Shown piece by piece: positions 25,061-37,320 of a DNA stretch of 64,000 bases. Position 1 is the stretch's first letter; each line of letters opens with the position of its first letter. This stretch comes from Vicugna vicugna (taxonomy: Eukaryota): contig MU057947.1 in the NCBI GenBank assembly GCA_013265495.1, positions 1,188,048-1,252,047 of the forward strand, written 5' to 3'. A program made the translations under genes and the position numbers. The notes under the pieces were generated by a model, which ran no database searches, was not told the DNA's origin, and worked only from the letters and a program-made list of their open reading frames with translations.

Positions 25061-26779
25061 TCTCAGGATGCTCTGGGCTGTGTGCCATGCTCTGTGGTTA
25101 CTGTGTGTAGGTCTCATCTCCAGTGAGGTGGGGGGTCCTTGAGCCCCGAGGCATGGCTTCGGTTCCCCAGGGCGCCTGGTAGAGGGGACGTCTGCCGACG
25201 GAGCTCACCGCCCGACCCCGGTGACCCAGTCGTCTGCTTGTTCACCACTGAAGGCTCTGAGAGATACTGCAGGGAAATCATGCGGAGGCCTGAGACGCAG
25301 CTGCTGTCCCCCTTTAGCTCACCCCCAGACCCCCGTAATATGTGTGATGGAACGTTCCTGGTTTTCTCAACTTCTCAGCCACGCCGCCCCTCCCTCTCAG
25401 TGCTCGGAGAAGTTCCAGCCCCTCTGTCCACACGCTCTCGCCTGTGCTCCTCCAGTGCTGGCGGGCCCTTGTGTCGGTGCTGACTCCACTTCACTGCCCC
25501 GCACCTGCCCCCGCCCTCAGGAGGGGACCTCTTTGTGGGCAGGGTCCCCACTGCATGCGCCCGCGGAACCCCAGTGCCCGCGTGCAGTAGCCATGCAGTA
25601 AATGCTCACACTGAGCGAGGCTTTTGTCTGGAGCCCCTCAGCTGGACTTGGTGGCGAGGGTCTGGCAGGAAATGGCAGGCTGACCGGCTTGCATTTCTGT
25701 TCTGCCCCGGGTTACTCTGCATTCAGGAGTTTTACCATGTTTATTGGGCTTTCTTTCCTCTCTGAAGTCAGGGCCAGTTACTCCTGGTGTTCCAGAAAAT
25801 CCACGTGCGGTCTCAAATAAGGAGCGAGAGAAATTCACGAGAGGCCTGTGGCGGCTGGGAGCTCCCTTTGCAAGCTTGTCTGCGTGTTATTCATACCTTC
25901 ATCTCAATTTGGAAAAAGGAGGCAAACAAATAAATGAGAAGGAAGTAGGGCCGGAGTTGGGTGATCGCAAGGCTGCAGTGGGACCCGTTCCCCCACCCCC
26001 CGCCCCACCGTGTGGCTGTGAAGCTGTTTCACTGCGAATGCTTGTCTCCCCTCTGAACATGAGTCTCAGACGCCAAAGGCAAGGTTTGTTTTGCCCTGGT
26101 TAGTACTTACTTTCCAGTGGCTGGCGGACTCTGTGGAGTCCAGCCTCTTGCAGGCTCCTCCTGCAGGCTGAACGGGGAGAGAAGGTAGCCTCGTCATGTC
26201 GCATTAACCATGACAGAACATTTGGCTGGCGGCTGCCCAGCCCTGCCGCCAACTGCGTGCGGAAAATCGGAGTGGCCGCCCCAAAGCGCTCTGAGTGTTT
26301 TGATTTGGCCATTTGTCAGGTTTCCATCTTGTGCCCTGGGCGGCTGTCTCTGAGCACAGGCAGAGCTTTGAAAGGAATAGACAGCAGATCCACTGTTGGG
26401 ACTGGAACAGAAGGCTTGGGGGGTCTCCTTCTGGAGGGGGTGGCAGTCCCGGGTGCTCTCAGCTTCTAGAGTTCAGCAAAGACGCCGGCTAATGGGGGAC
26501 ACGCGCCCTGAGACCTTGTCCGTGTGCTGTGAGGGGGTGGGGAGCCGGGACGGAAGTTGTCCTTTCATTTGAATACAGTCCAGCAGTTGGGGAAACATAT
26601 TAATTGTGACAGAAGTGAACGTCCTAACCCGTCTGTAAGTGAAGAGTGTAGGAAAAGAAGCAGTGTGTCTGCTTCTGTGGTAGGTGTTCTGCGTGCACCA
26701 CCTCGGGGGGGGGGGCCGTGACGTCTGTTCTTGCACGAGTGGTCCAAGCGCAGGTCTCTGTTCTCCCCCTGTTCTTCCT

Positions 26780-27060
26780 TGTTTCTGTGTGTGTGTGTCT
26801 GACTGTGTGTGTCTTGTGCATGTGTCTGTGTGCATGTGTTTCTGTGCATGCATGTGTTCACGTGTCCATGCGTGTCTTTGCATGCATGTGTGTCTGGGCG
26901 TGTGTGCATGTGTGCCTGTGCGTGTACGATTTCACGTGTCCACGCGTGTCTTTGCGTGCATGTGTGTCTGGGCATGTGTGCATGTGTGTCTGCACGTGTT
27001 CACGTGTCTACACGTGTCTTTGCATGCATGTGTGTGTCTGGGTGTGTGCACGTGCTCATG
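26780..27060. repeat. TG/CATG-rich minisatellite, ~3 copies of a ~70-bp unit
   Basis: TTCACGTGTC...GTGTCTTTGC...TGTGTCTGGG recurs at 26857, 26931 and 26999. Confidence 0.88.
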
Positions 27061-30000
27061 TGGCCTGAGAGTCCAGCGGCCCGCTGACCGAGCTGATCAC
27101 CTCAAGGTCTGATGCCCCCTGGGCTTTGAAGGATCCTTGGGGCGCAGGCTTGTCTTGCCGACCGGCGCTGACCCCGAGAGCCCCGGTGCACCTGCCCATG
27201 TAGTTCACGCGCCTGCTCTCACCGGTCTGCGCTGCCCGTGGGCAGAGCTGGTAAATGGAGAGGAGACGGGCTTGGCCGACGTGGACGCTCAGGCGGCTCT
27301 TCATCAGGATGACGTGTCAGCATCTGTGAAATGTTAGAGACACGCGTGGCTGAGGGGTTGGCATTTCCTCTGGAAGCAGTCATTGCTGGGGTCCTACCCC
27401 CCCTTCTCCGTGGTGGTCCCTGCTCTCTGGGAGATGCAGACCCGGGGCCGATGCTGAGCTGTCACCAGGGACCCCCCCAAGGGCCGTCCTGTGTGTCAGC
27501 CTCAGGGGGAGACCCGGGGTCACTGGCAGGTGAGCGATGGCTTTGGAGGCCAGGCCTCGGGGAGCGCCAGAGCCTTCCCTGGCTGTCGCCAAGCATGAGG
27601 CAGCCTCCCTGAGGAGACAGCGACCTAAATGGAAGAATTAGACTGGATTAAACGGCTCATTAAACGTCTCCTGCACAGCAGGGCAGCGGAGGGAGCAGAG
27701 CCAGGCGCGTCAGTGCGAGGGAGGGCAGAGCTGAGGGCGCCCCTTCTGCCGCCAGGGCCCCTGCACATCCCCACCTGGAGTCTGTTTCATAACAACCTGG
27801 TTTTGGTGAACAGGGTGAAGGCTCAGGTGGTGGTCCGTGGGTGACAGCGAGTAATGGCCGCACCTGGCTTGGCCGCAGGGCCTCGGGCGGCTCTCCCAAG
27901 GGGCAGGCCTGCTCCCCCGTGGGGCGCTCCTGTTTTGTTTCTTTCACACTCAGTACAGCAGAGTTCTTCGTCCTTGATGACTTCTCATGCTGCAGAAAAG
28001 GAAGGGCCGACAATGGGTGAGGTTCGGAAAATGCATTGTGTATTTAAACCCGGACACACAGGACCTGCTCCGGCTCCGTCCCTGAGCAGCAGGCGCCCTT
28101 TGTTCATCCCTGAAGCCACAGGCTCCCGTCCAGACTTAGGTTTGTGACTGTTTCCCAGTAAATGTAACCAGGAATCCCGCGAGGGCAGCTGATTCCACTC
28201 CAGGCCTGAAGCAGGAAAGGATCCGGTGGCTTTGGGGCATGCTCTGGAGGCCGGAGAGAGAGTGTTCCCTGAATGGAGGGGCAGAGTCAGACGGATAGAC
28301 TGGAAGGGGCATCGTGGCCACGTATGGAAACGTGGAGCCCACAGGAAAACGCTGGTGGTTAGCGGAAGTGCGTGTGCTCCTAACGATGCTCAGAAGGAAA
28401 AAGCTCAGCTGGAATGAGTCACAGGGAGTTCCCAGAGCAAACGAGAGTAAATGACAGGACGTGCTCTAGAAGCGGGGTGGCAGTACAGTGCTCGGTTTCT
28501 TCTCTTAATTCTAGTCCTGTCTCTGACAGACGGAGATATGCCTGTTTTGCGTAAGCAGGAGAGAGGGTTGCAGGATCATGTGGGCGAGTCCAGCAGTCCC
28601 AGGCCGGGCAGGGACCACCCGGAGAATGAGAGGGACCGGTCCTGGAGGGCAGGCGGAAACACGTCCTCACGAGGAGGAAGGGGTGTCTAACGCTGATGAC
28701 CGCACACAACAGTGTGTCACACACAACAGCCCCGTGCAGAGAGGGTCCCAGTGTTCCTTGAATGCCAGTCATCCCAGTGGACTGGAGAGAGAGCCAGCCA
28801 CCCAAGCCAGTCCCTTCCTTTGGCCTGACCCGCAGTGAATGATGCGTTCTCCATCAGGGTCTGGGGCGCGTGTGCACACACGTTTAGTGGACTGGTGGGT
28901 GCACAGGACCTGCACTAGGTAATAGTCACCGAGAGCCTGCATTTCTCTCTCTATCTGCCTGTCTGGGAAGACAGACTGGTCTGTGGGGCACCACTCACCC
29001 TCCTGTGGGCAAGGGCACCACACGTAGTGGCCCCCACTGCCTGAGCTTCTCAGGGGTCCAGCAGGGGAGGGATGATGCTGGTGCAGCTGGTCCCAGAACC
29101 AGCCTGCTGGGGGCTGTGAGTCAGGCCGCTGGTTTTGCTTGGGGGCGGGGTGGGGCCAGGCCTGGGCATCGCTGGGGAAGGTCCTCTGAGGGCCACCCCG
29201 CAGGACAAAGCTGGCCAGCACGTTCCCCTTTGGAGAGGAGAAGTCTCTGAGGCCAGCTTGGTTATGTGGGGGCAGGCCCACGTCTCAGGGCGGACGCTGG
29301 GAGGAGAAGGCAGAGCGCCATGCTCTGACTCCGGCAGCAGCTCTGTCACGCAAGGCTGCCATCGTGTTGGAAAGTGGAGACGAGGTGGGCCGATTGCTGT
29401 TAGTTGTGCGTTTACCGTGTGCTCGGCTCCGTGTCGAGTCTGTGCCAGGAGAGCCCGCCAGGGACTGGTTTTCCAGCTGAGGGGCTGAGGGCTGACCCCT
29501 GATTACTGAAGAGTCTGGCTTTGCATCCAAATCTCTAACCGCAGACACGTTATTTTCTCAGAGTGGCTTCTGTATGGAATCTTTGTGGACTTCTGAGCAG
29601 CATGGTGGTGGGGGGGAGCACCCTTCATTCTCAGGGAGTGGCAGCCTGATTATTTTGTGCTATTGAGTATCTATAAATACTTCCCAGTTGAAAGATGTAA
29701 GTTTGAGTGAATTAATGGAACGACCCCATGCAGCTGAGGCTCGGCTGGCCTCTCCCTCTTCCATCCTGGGAGATATGACCGCTGCTTCAAAATCTATCAG
29801 CTCTCGGCACCGGCGCTGCAAGTCCTAATTCAGTGTGTCCCACCTCTGTCCCTGGACCTGCCTGAGATCGTAAATCACTGATTTTTGAGTTTTGAATCCG
29901 TGAACTTGGAAAACTCACAGTGCAGCCTCAGAATAGGTCATTCGCAGGGAAAGTCACCATTTCCTCTCGTTAGCGTTCCAGTCGCTGTTTAGGAGAATGT

Positions 30001-30394
30001 GGACAGAGGGGAGCTGCGGATGACCCTGGACTCATTAGAGCCACTCTTCCAAGTTCCTCCACCCAATTTCCGTGGCAGGTGCGGAGCGGTAATCGGCCTG
30101 GTGGGTTTTGCAGTTCACTTTTCCCTGCTCCTTTCCTGCTGATAGACTGTGAGACGGCTGGGGAAGGAGCGGGAAGAACTGCAAAGCAGGAAAAACGCAG
30201 CGTGCGCCCGCGCTGTCTGGAGACGCTGCTTGTTAACAGAGCCTGCATTTCACCGTTACAGAGACGCTCCACCAGAAGGGTCCCACAGCCTTTTGAAAAG
30301 ATGAACTGTCTCTCCCCAGGCTCCGCCAACCCACGGGCAGAAATGCTCTGAAGCTCTTGCTTTAAGAATGAGCTTCCACAAAACAACCAAACCC

Positions 30395-30753
30395 AGCTGG
30401 TCCAGGACCCATCACTGCTCTCCTCCGACAGCCTGGGCGCTTTGCGTGCAAGGACCCTTGGGTCTCTTGGTTCCAGAAGCCAGATCTCCGAGATCAGGGC
30501 AACAGCGTGGTTGGGTTCCGGCGAGGCCCCTTCTGGGTTGCAGACGGCCGTCTCTCGCTGTGGCCTCACATGGATGGAGGGGAGAGGGGCTCACTGGGGT
30601 CTTGTCTTATAAGGGCACTAATCCTGTTCACAAGGACCCCACCCTCATGACCTGATCACCTCTCAAAAACCTCACCTCCTAACACTGTCCCATTGGGGGT
30701 TAGATTTCAACACGTGAGCTTGGGGGGGACACACACACCCCTAAATGCACAGT
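30395..30753 (-). mobile_element. MaLR LTR (MLT1A-like)
   Basis: CTTATAAGGGCACTAATCC...CCCCACCCTCATGACCTGATCACCTC...CACCTCCTAACAC...TTGGGGGTTAGATTTCAACA. Confidence 0.85.
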
Positions 30754-31039
30754 GCCCCCCGTCTTCTCTCTTTCTCATCCTGCCACCTTCTCAAAGACAC
30801 AGGCTGTGAGCCAGCCCAGGCTGACCCCTGAGGAGGAAGCAACGTCCCTCCCCCTCCTCCGAGGGGCGGGGCTGCGTGTCAGCTCCCAGACCATTCTCCT
30901 TTGTGACAGGGTCAAAGGGCGTGGCCATCCTAGGGCCCGGTGATTCAAGCCAGGGGAAGCTCTGTTCAGTCTTCCCAAGTACAGAATCCAGAACAGGCAC
31001 GTTCCCGCACACAGATCAACCCAAGTTAGCAGATGGCAC

Positions 31040-31510
31040 TGTGTCAGGGGCCCCACGCTCACTCCCACACGTGGAGATCTGCCAGGCTCAGCGCCCTAAC
31101 ATACAGCTCACTCACGGTGAAGACTATCACAGGGGCACTGGCAGAGACATGCAGGGGTCACAGAGAGGAAACCACAGGTGGGGTCTGGAGGAATCCTCAC
31201 GCAGGCATCACTCTGCCCTCTCCCCCAGCAACAGATGCAGTGATGTTTCTGCCCGAGGTTTTTACTGGGGCTGGTCATGTAGGCACCTCTGCTGGGCTTG
31301 TACCCAAACCCTAGACTCCAGGAGGAAACAGGTGCTCAGTGTAAACTGCAGTGTTTGTACAAAGCGTTTTGGCTCCAGGGACAATCCTTGTCAGTTAGGG
31401 TGTTGAGGTCCCCCCGAAATCCAAGTGCCCGGACACTGGCCCCAGGCCAGCCCCGCACGCTGGCCTTTCTGAGGAGAGCGGTGGGGCCGCGGTGCTCGCG
31501 GGCGAGCCAG
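31040..31510 (-). mobile_element. MER21-family LTR
   Basis: TGTGTCAGGGGCCCC, GGTTTTTACTGGGGCTGGTCATGTAGGCACC and CCCGAAATCCAAGTGCCCGGAC...GGCCTTTCTGAGGA resemble MER21B/C in reverse. Confidence 0.7.
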
Positions 31511-32131
31511 CCCCGCCCTGCAGTGGGGCAGCCCCTGCGCCCCAGAGAGAAAGCTGTCCTTTGGAAGCAGCTGCTTCTTTGGAAAAGTGTGGCCAGCATC
31601 TTCATTTCTCCAGAATGGATGATTGGCTCTGGACTACCCCTCACCCCCGTCATCCTGACTTCTGATCCGCCAGGCATGTGCCTGGTTCTGTGACAAACCG
31701 GAACCCCGGAGTAGCTGAGTGGGGCAAAGGGCTGTGTAGACCCTGCGGTTTTATTCAAACACGCTGCTAAAACTGCAGAGCATTGAAGGTGGATTCAGCC
31801 CCTCACTCTTAGAGTCAGTACAATTGATTGGTGAGTGATGGCTGCTGATTTTCCCTTCGAGCGGCTCTGAGCTTTCCGAGCGGAAACCGTTCAGATGCCG
31901 GGGGTAGTTGTGACTGTAACCTGGGGCCCGGTGGGCAGGGAACCCTTTCTGCTCTCATAAGCGAGACTAGCCCCTGTCAGCAATGTTTAATTGAGAGAGA
32001 AACAGTGAAACTGGATAACGCCATTGATTTGGTGCCGCGTTGGGGTTGCTGCGACATTTGGAGTGAGTGGCTTATTGAGTGTTTTAAGGAAAATCCAAAT
32101 TTAAAATACGTGTTTATTTTCCTCGTTACAG

Positions 32132-32516
32132 GTCACTTTCACTCCTTCTTCCTGAAGCGATCCTCTGAGAGAGTCAGTCTCAGCTCCCGATTGGATTTGG
32201 CGGATCGGGTCGCCAACAAGTGGTCTTCCGTCCACGCTCACAGCCGGCCCCGGCGCCTGCCGCGGCTCCCGAGGCGGCCCCTTCCCGGGAGAGCCAGGAC
32301 GCAGTCTCTGGCAGCATGACAGGAGACTTGAGCAGCTTGTGGGGAACATCTAGAACTCACCTGCCGCTTCCCCAGATGGTACTGGGCCACAGGAGGCAGC
32401 TAAGGGGAAGAGTTTGGTGGTGTCTCAGCAGAAGGTCGAGAGGACTCTTCCCAGAACTGGGAAGGACGCATGGAATCTGGGCTTATACTGGAGCTGAAGG
32501 AAGGGCTTTCAGCTGG
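32132..32516 (+). other. candidate spliced exon (385 nt), probably 5' UTR/non-coding or an alternative N-terminal exon of an unidentified gene
   Basis: Acceptor TGTTTATTTTCCTCGTTACAG|G and donor TGG|GTAAGT. GC-rich body between AT-rich non-repeat flanks. No recognisable protein. Confidence 0.45.
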
Positions 32517-33074
32517 GTAAGTAGCATCTTGCCACGGCGTGACTTTGTTTGAGCTGCTGTTCGTCCATCACGGTGCTGAAATCCTCATTCTCCTCTTGGT
32601 GTCTTCTAAGAGTTCCCGATACCAACTGGAGTAAGAACAGCATTTAAATTTCTAGCTGCTCGAGAATAATTGGGTGGGCGGTGGGGAGTTGTATTAAGAA
32701 GCCGATTAAATATTTAAAAGATTAATTTTCATTATGACTGTAGGTTGGTAAATACGATCTTTTCTATCAGCCTGAACAGTAATAGGAGTAATGGCGACAC
32801 TTTCACTTCTTCTGGTTTAATTTTGAAACTTTAATCATGGCAGTACTTTGCATTTTTATTAGTATTATGAGAAGATTGAAGCAAATTATTTTGGGGGGTT
32901 GACTGGTTGAAATAGTTTTTATTGGATCACTGGGAGTGAACCCCGCCTCCTGGGAGCAGGTGTGGAGAAGGGACAACATTGAGTCTAGTGGGAGACGGGA
33001 GGGTGCCTGGGAATTCAGGTTTGGTTGAGGGGAGACCTCTTAAGGTTCATGATGAGGGAGTCGGTGTTCTGTCT

Positions 33075-33120
33075 GCTCATTCATTCTTTCATTCAACGAG
33101 TACTTACCGAGGCTGCCACT
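33075..33120 (-). mobile_element. L2 3' tail (continues ~33835-33900 after the L1 insertion)
   Basis: CATTCATTCTTTCATTCAACGAGTACTTACCGAGG matches the L2 terminus. Confidence 0.6.
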
Positions 33121-33149
33121 TTCATTTTGGGGGGAGTATTATGTTTTTA

Positions 33150-33830
33150 ACGTTTATTTTTTAATAAGCAATGTGTTTGTCTAAGATATGCAATGCAGTT
33201 TGATATACAGACACACAGTGGAATGATTACTATAGTCAAGCTAATTAATACATTTTCTCAACTAGTTCTCTATTTTTGTGATGAGAGCCTGGAAACCTCC
33301 TCTCTCAGCAGGTTGCCAGCATTCAGCACAGGATGGTTAGTGCCTGCGGCCAGGTGCACATTAGCACCTGGACTCTCTCGTCCCCTGTAACTGCGGCTCT
33401 GCTCCATTTTCCTCGCCTCCCCACCCCTGGTAAACGCTGTTCTACCCTCTACTCCTGTGAACCTGACTGTTTAAGATTCCACATGTAAGTGAGGCCGTGC
33501 AGGTTCTTCTTTCTGGGTCTGGTTTATCTCGTTTAGCAGGAGGCCCTCTGGGTTTGTCCGTGATGTCGAAAAAGGCAGGCTCTCCTGCTTCATAGGTGAG
33601 TCATGTTCCTCGTGTTCACACTCCACACCTGTATCCACACATCCGCTCACAGACACTCCGGGTGTCTCCACACCTCGGCTGCTGTGAGTAACGCTGCGGC
33701 GAATGCGGGCGGGTGGGATCTCTTTGAGGTACTGGTTTCATTTCCTTTGGGCAAAGACCCAGGAGAGGAATTTCAGGATCACACAGCAGTTATGTTTTTA
33801 GCCTCTGAGAACCTCCATGCTGCTTTCCAC
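33150..33830 (-). mobile_element. L1MA9-like 3' end
   Basis: GAATGATTACTATAGTCAAGCTAATTAATACA, CCCACCCCTGGTAAAC, AGATTCCACATGTAAGTGAG and TTTCATTTCCTTTGGG...ACCCAG. Confidence 0.85.
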
Positions 33831-34369
33831 CTGATGCTTCTGTTAAGTGCTGGCTGGGGTTGAACATGGAGCAGTCTCTGTCCTCATGGTCTTACACGGA
33901 CTGAAGCCACCTTCAAGGTCTAAATCTCGGCCATTGGGAGGATGCAGTGCTGATCTGGTTCCAACAAGAATCTGTGCCATCTGTCCCCCAGAGTGAGCCA
34001 AGGTGAAGGTGCTCGGGGGGCGGGGACGCTGGGAACTTCCTACAGCCCAGCTCCCGTGGCTTGGCTTTGCTGTTAGCTGTGGCTCCTGCATTCTAATACT
34101 ACCTCAAGATCTCATTCAGAAGACCTTGCTTAAGTGGGGACACTGCCTGGGGAGAGCCGGGAGAAGCAGCAGGTGGGGTTAGTCGTCCACCGTGTTTGTC
34201 TCCTCCCGATGCTGCATTTAGGGCAATGCTCTGTGTTGGCCGCTCTCCTCCGTTCCAGCTCACACTGTGCCCTGCACTTTGCTGAGTCTGATCACAGCCA
34301 TACTTATCATCATATCCAGTCATCATCATAACCATAATCACAAGAGTAAATCTCCGTGGACTTAACCTG

Positions 34370-34545
34370 ATGTGGCAGATAGAATTTGGCCTGGGAGGGG
34401 TATGACCTCAGTCCTGGCTCTGGAGCTCACCAGCGGCATAACCCGAGCAAGTCAGGGAACTACTCTGAACCTCAGAATTTTCCTCTACAGATTGGCAGTA
34501 AACAGACTGCCACCTCCAGGAAGATTTTGAAAATGAGATTACTCA
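34370..34545 (+). mobile_element. MIR SINE
   Basis: TCCTGGCTCTG...GAGCAAGTCA...CTCTGAACCTCAG pattern. Confidence 0.6.
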
Positions 34546-36580
34546 GTGAGTGCCCGTACCCCTTGGGGTTGGCCACAAAGAGTGTTTCTGCTCCGTGGGG
34601 AGGATTTTCTGAGTGGCAGCAGTGAGACACTACATGTCACGTAGTTCACTGTTCATCTCAACGGACGGCCAGATGCTCCACTGCCATCTGGCTCCGAGCT
34701 CCTCTGCCTGAAATCCCATCGGGCGGAGGAGGGGAGGAAGTGCTGCCCTGGTGTCTGGTTTTCAAAGAGAATCACAGAACCACCCATCCTCTGCGCCAGG
34801 GTGCACCTGTGGGGCTGGAGACCAGGCGGGCGCGTGATCACCCACGGTGACCTTCTCACCCGGGTCCTGGCCGCCTCCTGCCGGCTCTTCCATCCAACAG
34901 AGAGAAATACCTTCCAGCCATCGTGTCCGGCTGTGTTTCATTCCCGCCTTGTCCTGGATGTGGTGCCACCAAGTGCTTTGTGTGCCAGGCCCACTGTGTC
35001 CCTGTGGAGTGGGACCCCAATAGCGAGGCCAGGCGAGCCCTGGACACACGGCTGGTGCCACTCTTCAAGAACAGCTGAAATGCTTGGTAGAATTAGATGC
35101 TGCTCTTCTAGAGGCAGAGACTGAAGTGGGAAACGTGAAATACTTGGGAAGAAATGAGGAACAGAACAGAGTCTAAACCCAGGGGGGCAAAGCCCACCGC
35201 CAGCCCCGGCCGCGGAGGCGCGATGATGAAGCCTGTGTCCTTGGGAACAGGTTTACCTGCCCGGTGGGGACACATCCAGCCCGGGGACCAGTGTGTCACC
35301 CGTGCCATCTTCTCGGAGAGTCGCCTCTGCTGTCCTCGGCAGCCCTGCCAGCCGTCTCTGCCTTCAGACTCAGTCTGTTCCTCCCCTCAAGGACTTGCGG
35401 GGAGCACACGGCTGTTCTGTTCAGGACTCTGTGCCTCCAGAGTGTCACAGGGCCAGTGGGGCGGCCCTGGCCTCAGGCCGCGGGCTGTGCCAAGCTCGGA
35501 GGACTCTGCCTGAGGCTGGCCTGAGGTAGAGCGCTTCGAAATGACTCTCAATGTTGTAGAGAAAATGAACCCCCTTCCTGCCAGGGTTGGGGCTGGGTGA
35601 CTGCAGAGCCCCCGTGGGCTGGAAGGCAGGCCCCTCCGTGTGCAGGCCCCGCCATGTGCAGATTCCCCGTGTGCTGCTCCCTCTGCTCACGTGTGTGGGC
35701 TGTGCACAGGCGGGTTTCCCCTGGGCACTCCGGCTGTGGGGAACCATGCATAGTGGTGGAAGGAGGTGCTATAAGAACTGCAAACTGGGCTCCAGCCCTG
35801 AGTGGAGCTGGCCCGCAGGGGGACCCAGGCAGCAGGCCCGGTGGTCCAGGCAGGCATGGATCCGTGTCAGCGGGCCTTCCTCCGGGTTCTCTGCACCTGG
35901 ACACCGGCCCGTCTGGCGCAGTGTCTGATCTGTGAACACAGAATAGAGGGACTCGGGCTGACACCGCTCACCTCCTCCTTCTGAAGTAAAACCTGAGCTC
36001 AGTTACAGCGCGAGAGCCGGGGGGGACCGGGGGCTGTGCCGGCGCAGCTGGAGAGAGAACTTGGCCCGAGCGGCACCTCGGTCAGAAGCCGTCCAGTGCA
36101 GGGGACAGAAACCCACTGAGGTCCACGCCGGGGAAGTGTGGCTCACCTCTGCCCCTCCCTCCTGGTCTCTCAGGCTCTCACCCCATAGTACCCGGTTCAT
36201 AACGGGGTGGGGGGCACGGCCACGCTGAGCTGGCAAGCAGACTGTATTTGCCGCCTCCAGGTGGTAAAAGTGTCCCCATGAGTGTGTTTCACATGAGCCT
36301 GCTGCTTCCGCTTGTCCCCTGCGCCCGCACCGCTTGGCTTGTCAGGGACTGGTCCCGAGGGCTTGTTCAGGAGCTCCCGGAGGGCGGGGGCCGCATCACA
36401 CACACAGCCTCACACAGCAAAGCACCTCCAGGTGCGGACGGACGCTGTAGGACGGGAGGGACAGAAGGGAGTCCCAGGACTTAATCTGCTGTCGTTTGAA
36501 GAGGCCCTGGGTGTTTAGGAGAGGCTGGGGGTTGGGTGGGAGGCACGGGGAGGGGAGCCACCTTCCAACCCGCTGAGATT

Positions 36581-37320
36581 TTTAGTTATTTTTATTGACG
36601 TACAGTCGGTTTACAGTGCTGTGTTAGTTTCTAGTGTGCAGCACGGTGATTGAGTCACACGTATACATATATCTCCTTTTCATATCCTTCCTCATTATAG
36701 GTTACTACGTGATCCTGGATACAGTGCCCTGTGCTGTACAATAGGACCTTGTTGTTTCTCTGTTTTATACACAGCAGTGTGTCTGCTAATCCAAAACTCC
36801 TAATTTATCCCCCTCTCTCCCTTCCCCCCCTGGTAACCATAAGTCTGTTTTCTGTGTCTGTGAGTCTGTTTCTGTTTTGTAAGGCCCACTTGTTTCACTC
36901 TTTAGATTCCACATGTAACTGATACCGTATGGTGTGTGCCTTTCTGTGTCTGACCTACCTCACTTAGTGTGATCATGTCCAGGCCCGTCCATGTTGCTGC
37001 AAGTGGCTTACTCTTTTTTTACGACCGAATAGTATTTCATTGTGTAAATCTACTGCAGCTTCTTTATCCAGTCGTCTGTTGATGGACACTTAGGTTGCTC
37101 CCATGTCTTGGCTGTAAATAGTGCTGCTGTGAACATGGGGGTGCAGGTATTTTTTTGAATTGGAGTTTCCTCTGGATACATGCCCAGGAGTGGGACTGCT
37201 GGACCATGTAGTAAATCTATTTTTAGTTTTTAAAGGAACCTCCATACTGTTTTCCACAGTGGCTGCAGCAAACTGCATCCCCACCAGTGATGTGGGAGGG
37301 TGTTCTCCACACCCTCTCCC
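36581..37320 (-). mobile_element. cetartiodactyl L1 3' end including the ORF2 C-terminus
   Basis: Homologous to 46375-47101. TAAAGGAACCTCCATACTGTTTTCCACAGTGGCTG is present. Candidate TSD GCTGAGATT (36572-80) / GCTGAGACT (37323-31). Confidence 0.9.

Noticed and set aside
26780..27060. Regularly spaced repeats that could suggest a CRISPR-like array
   Set aside because: The sequence between repeats is itself repeated and low-complexity. There are no unique spacers or cas genes, and the context is mammalian.
36527..36555. G-quadruplex-type motif (another at 54245-54266)
   Set aside because: Expected by chance in this G-rich plus strand, with no linked feature.
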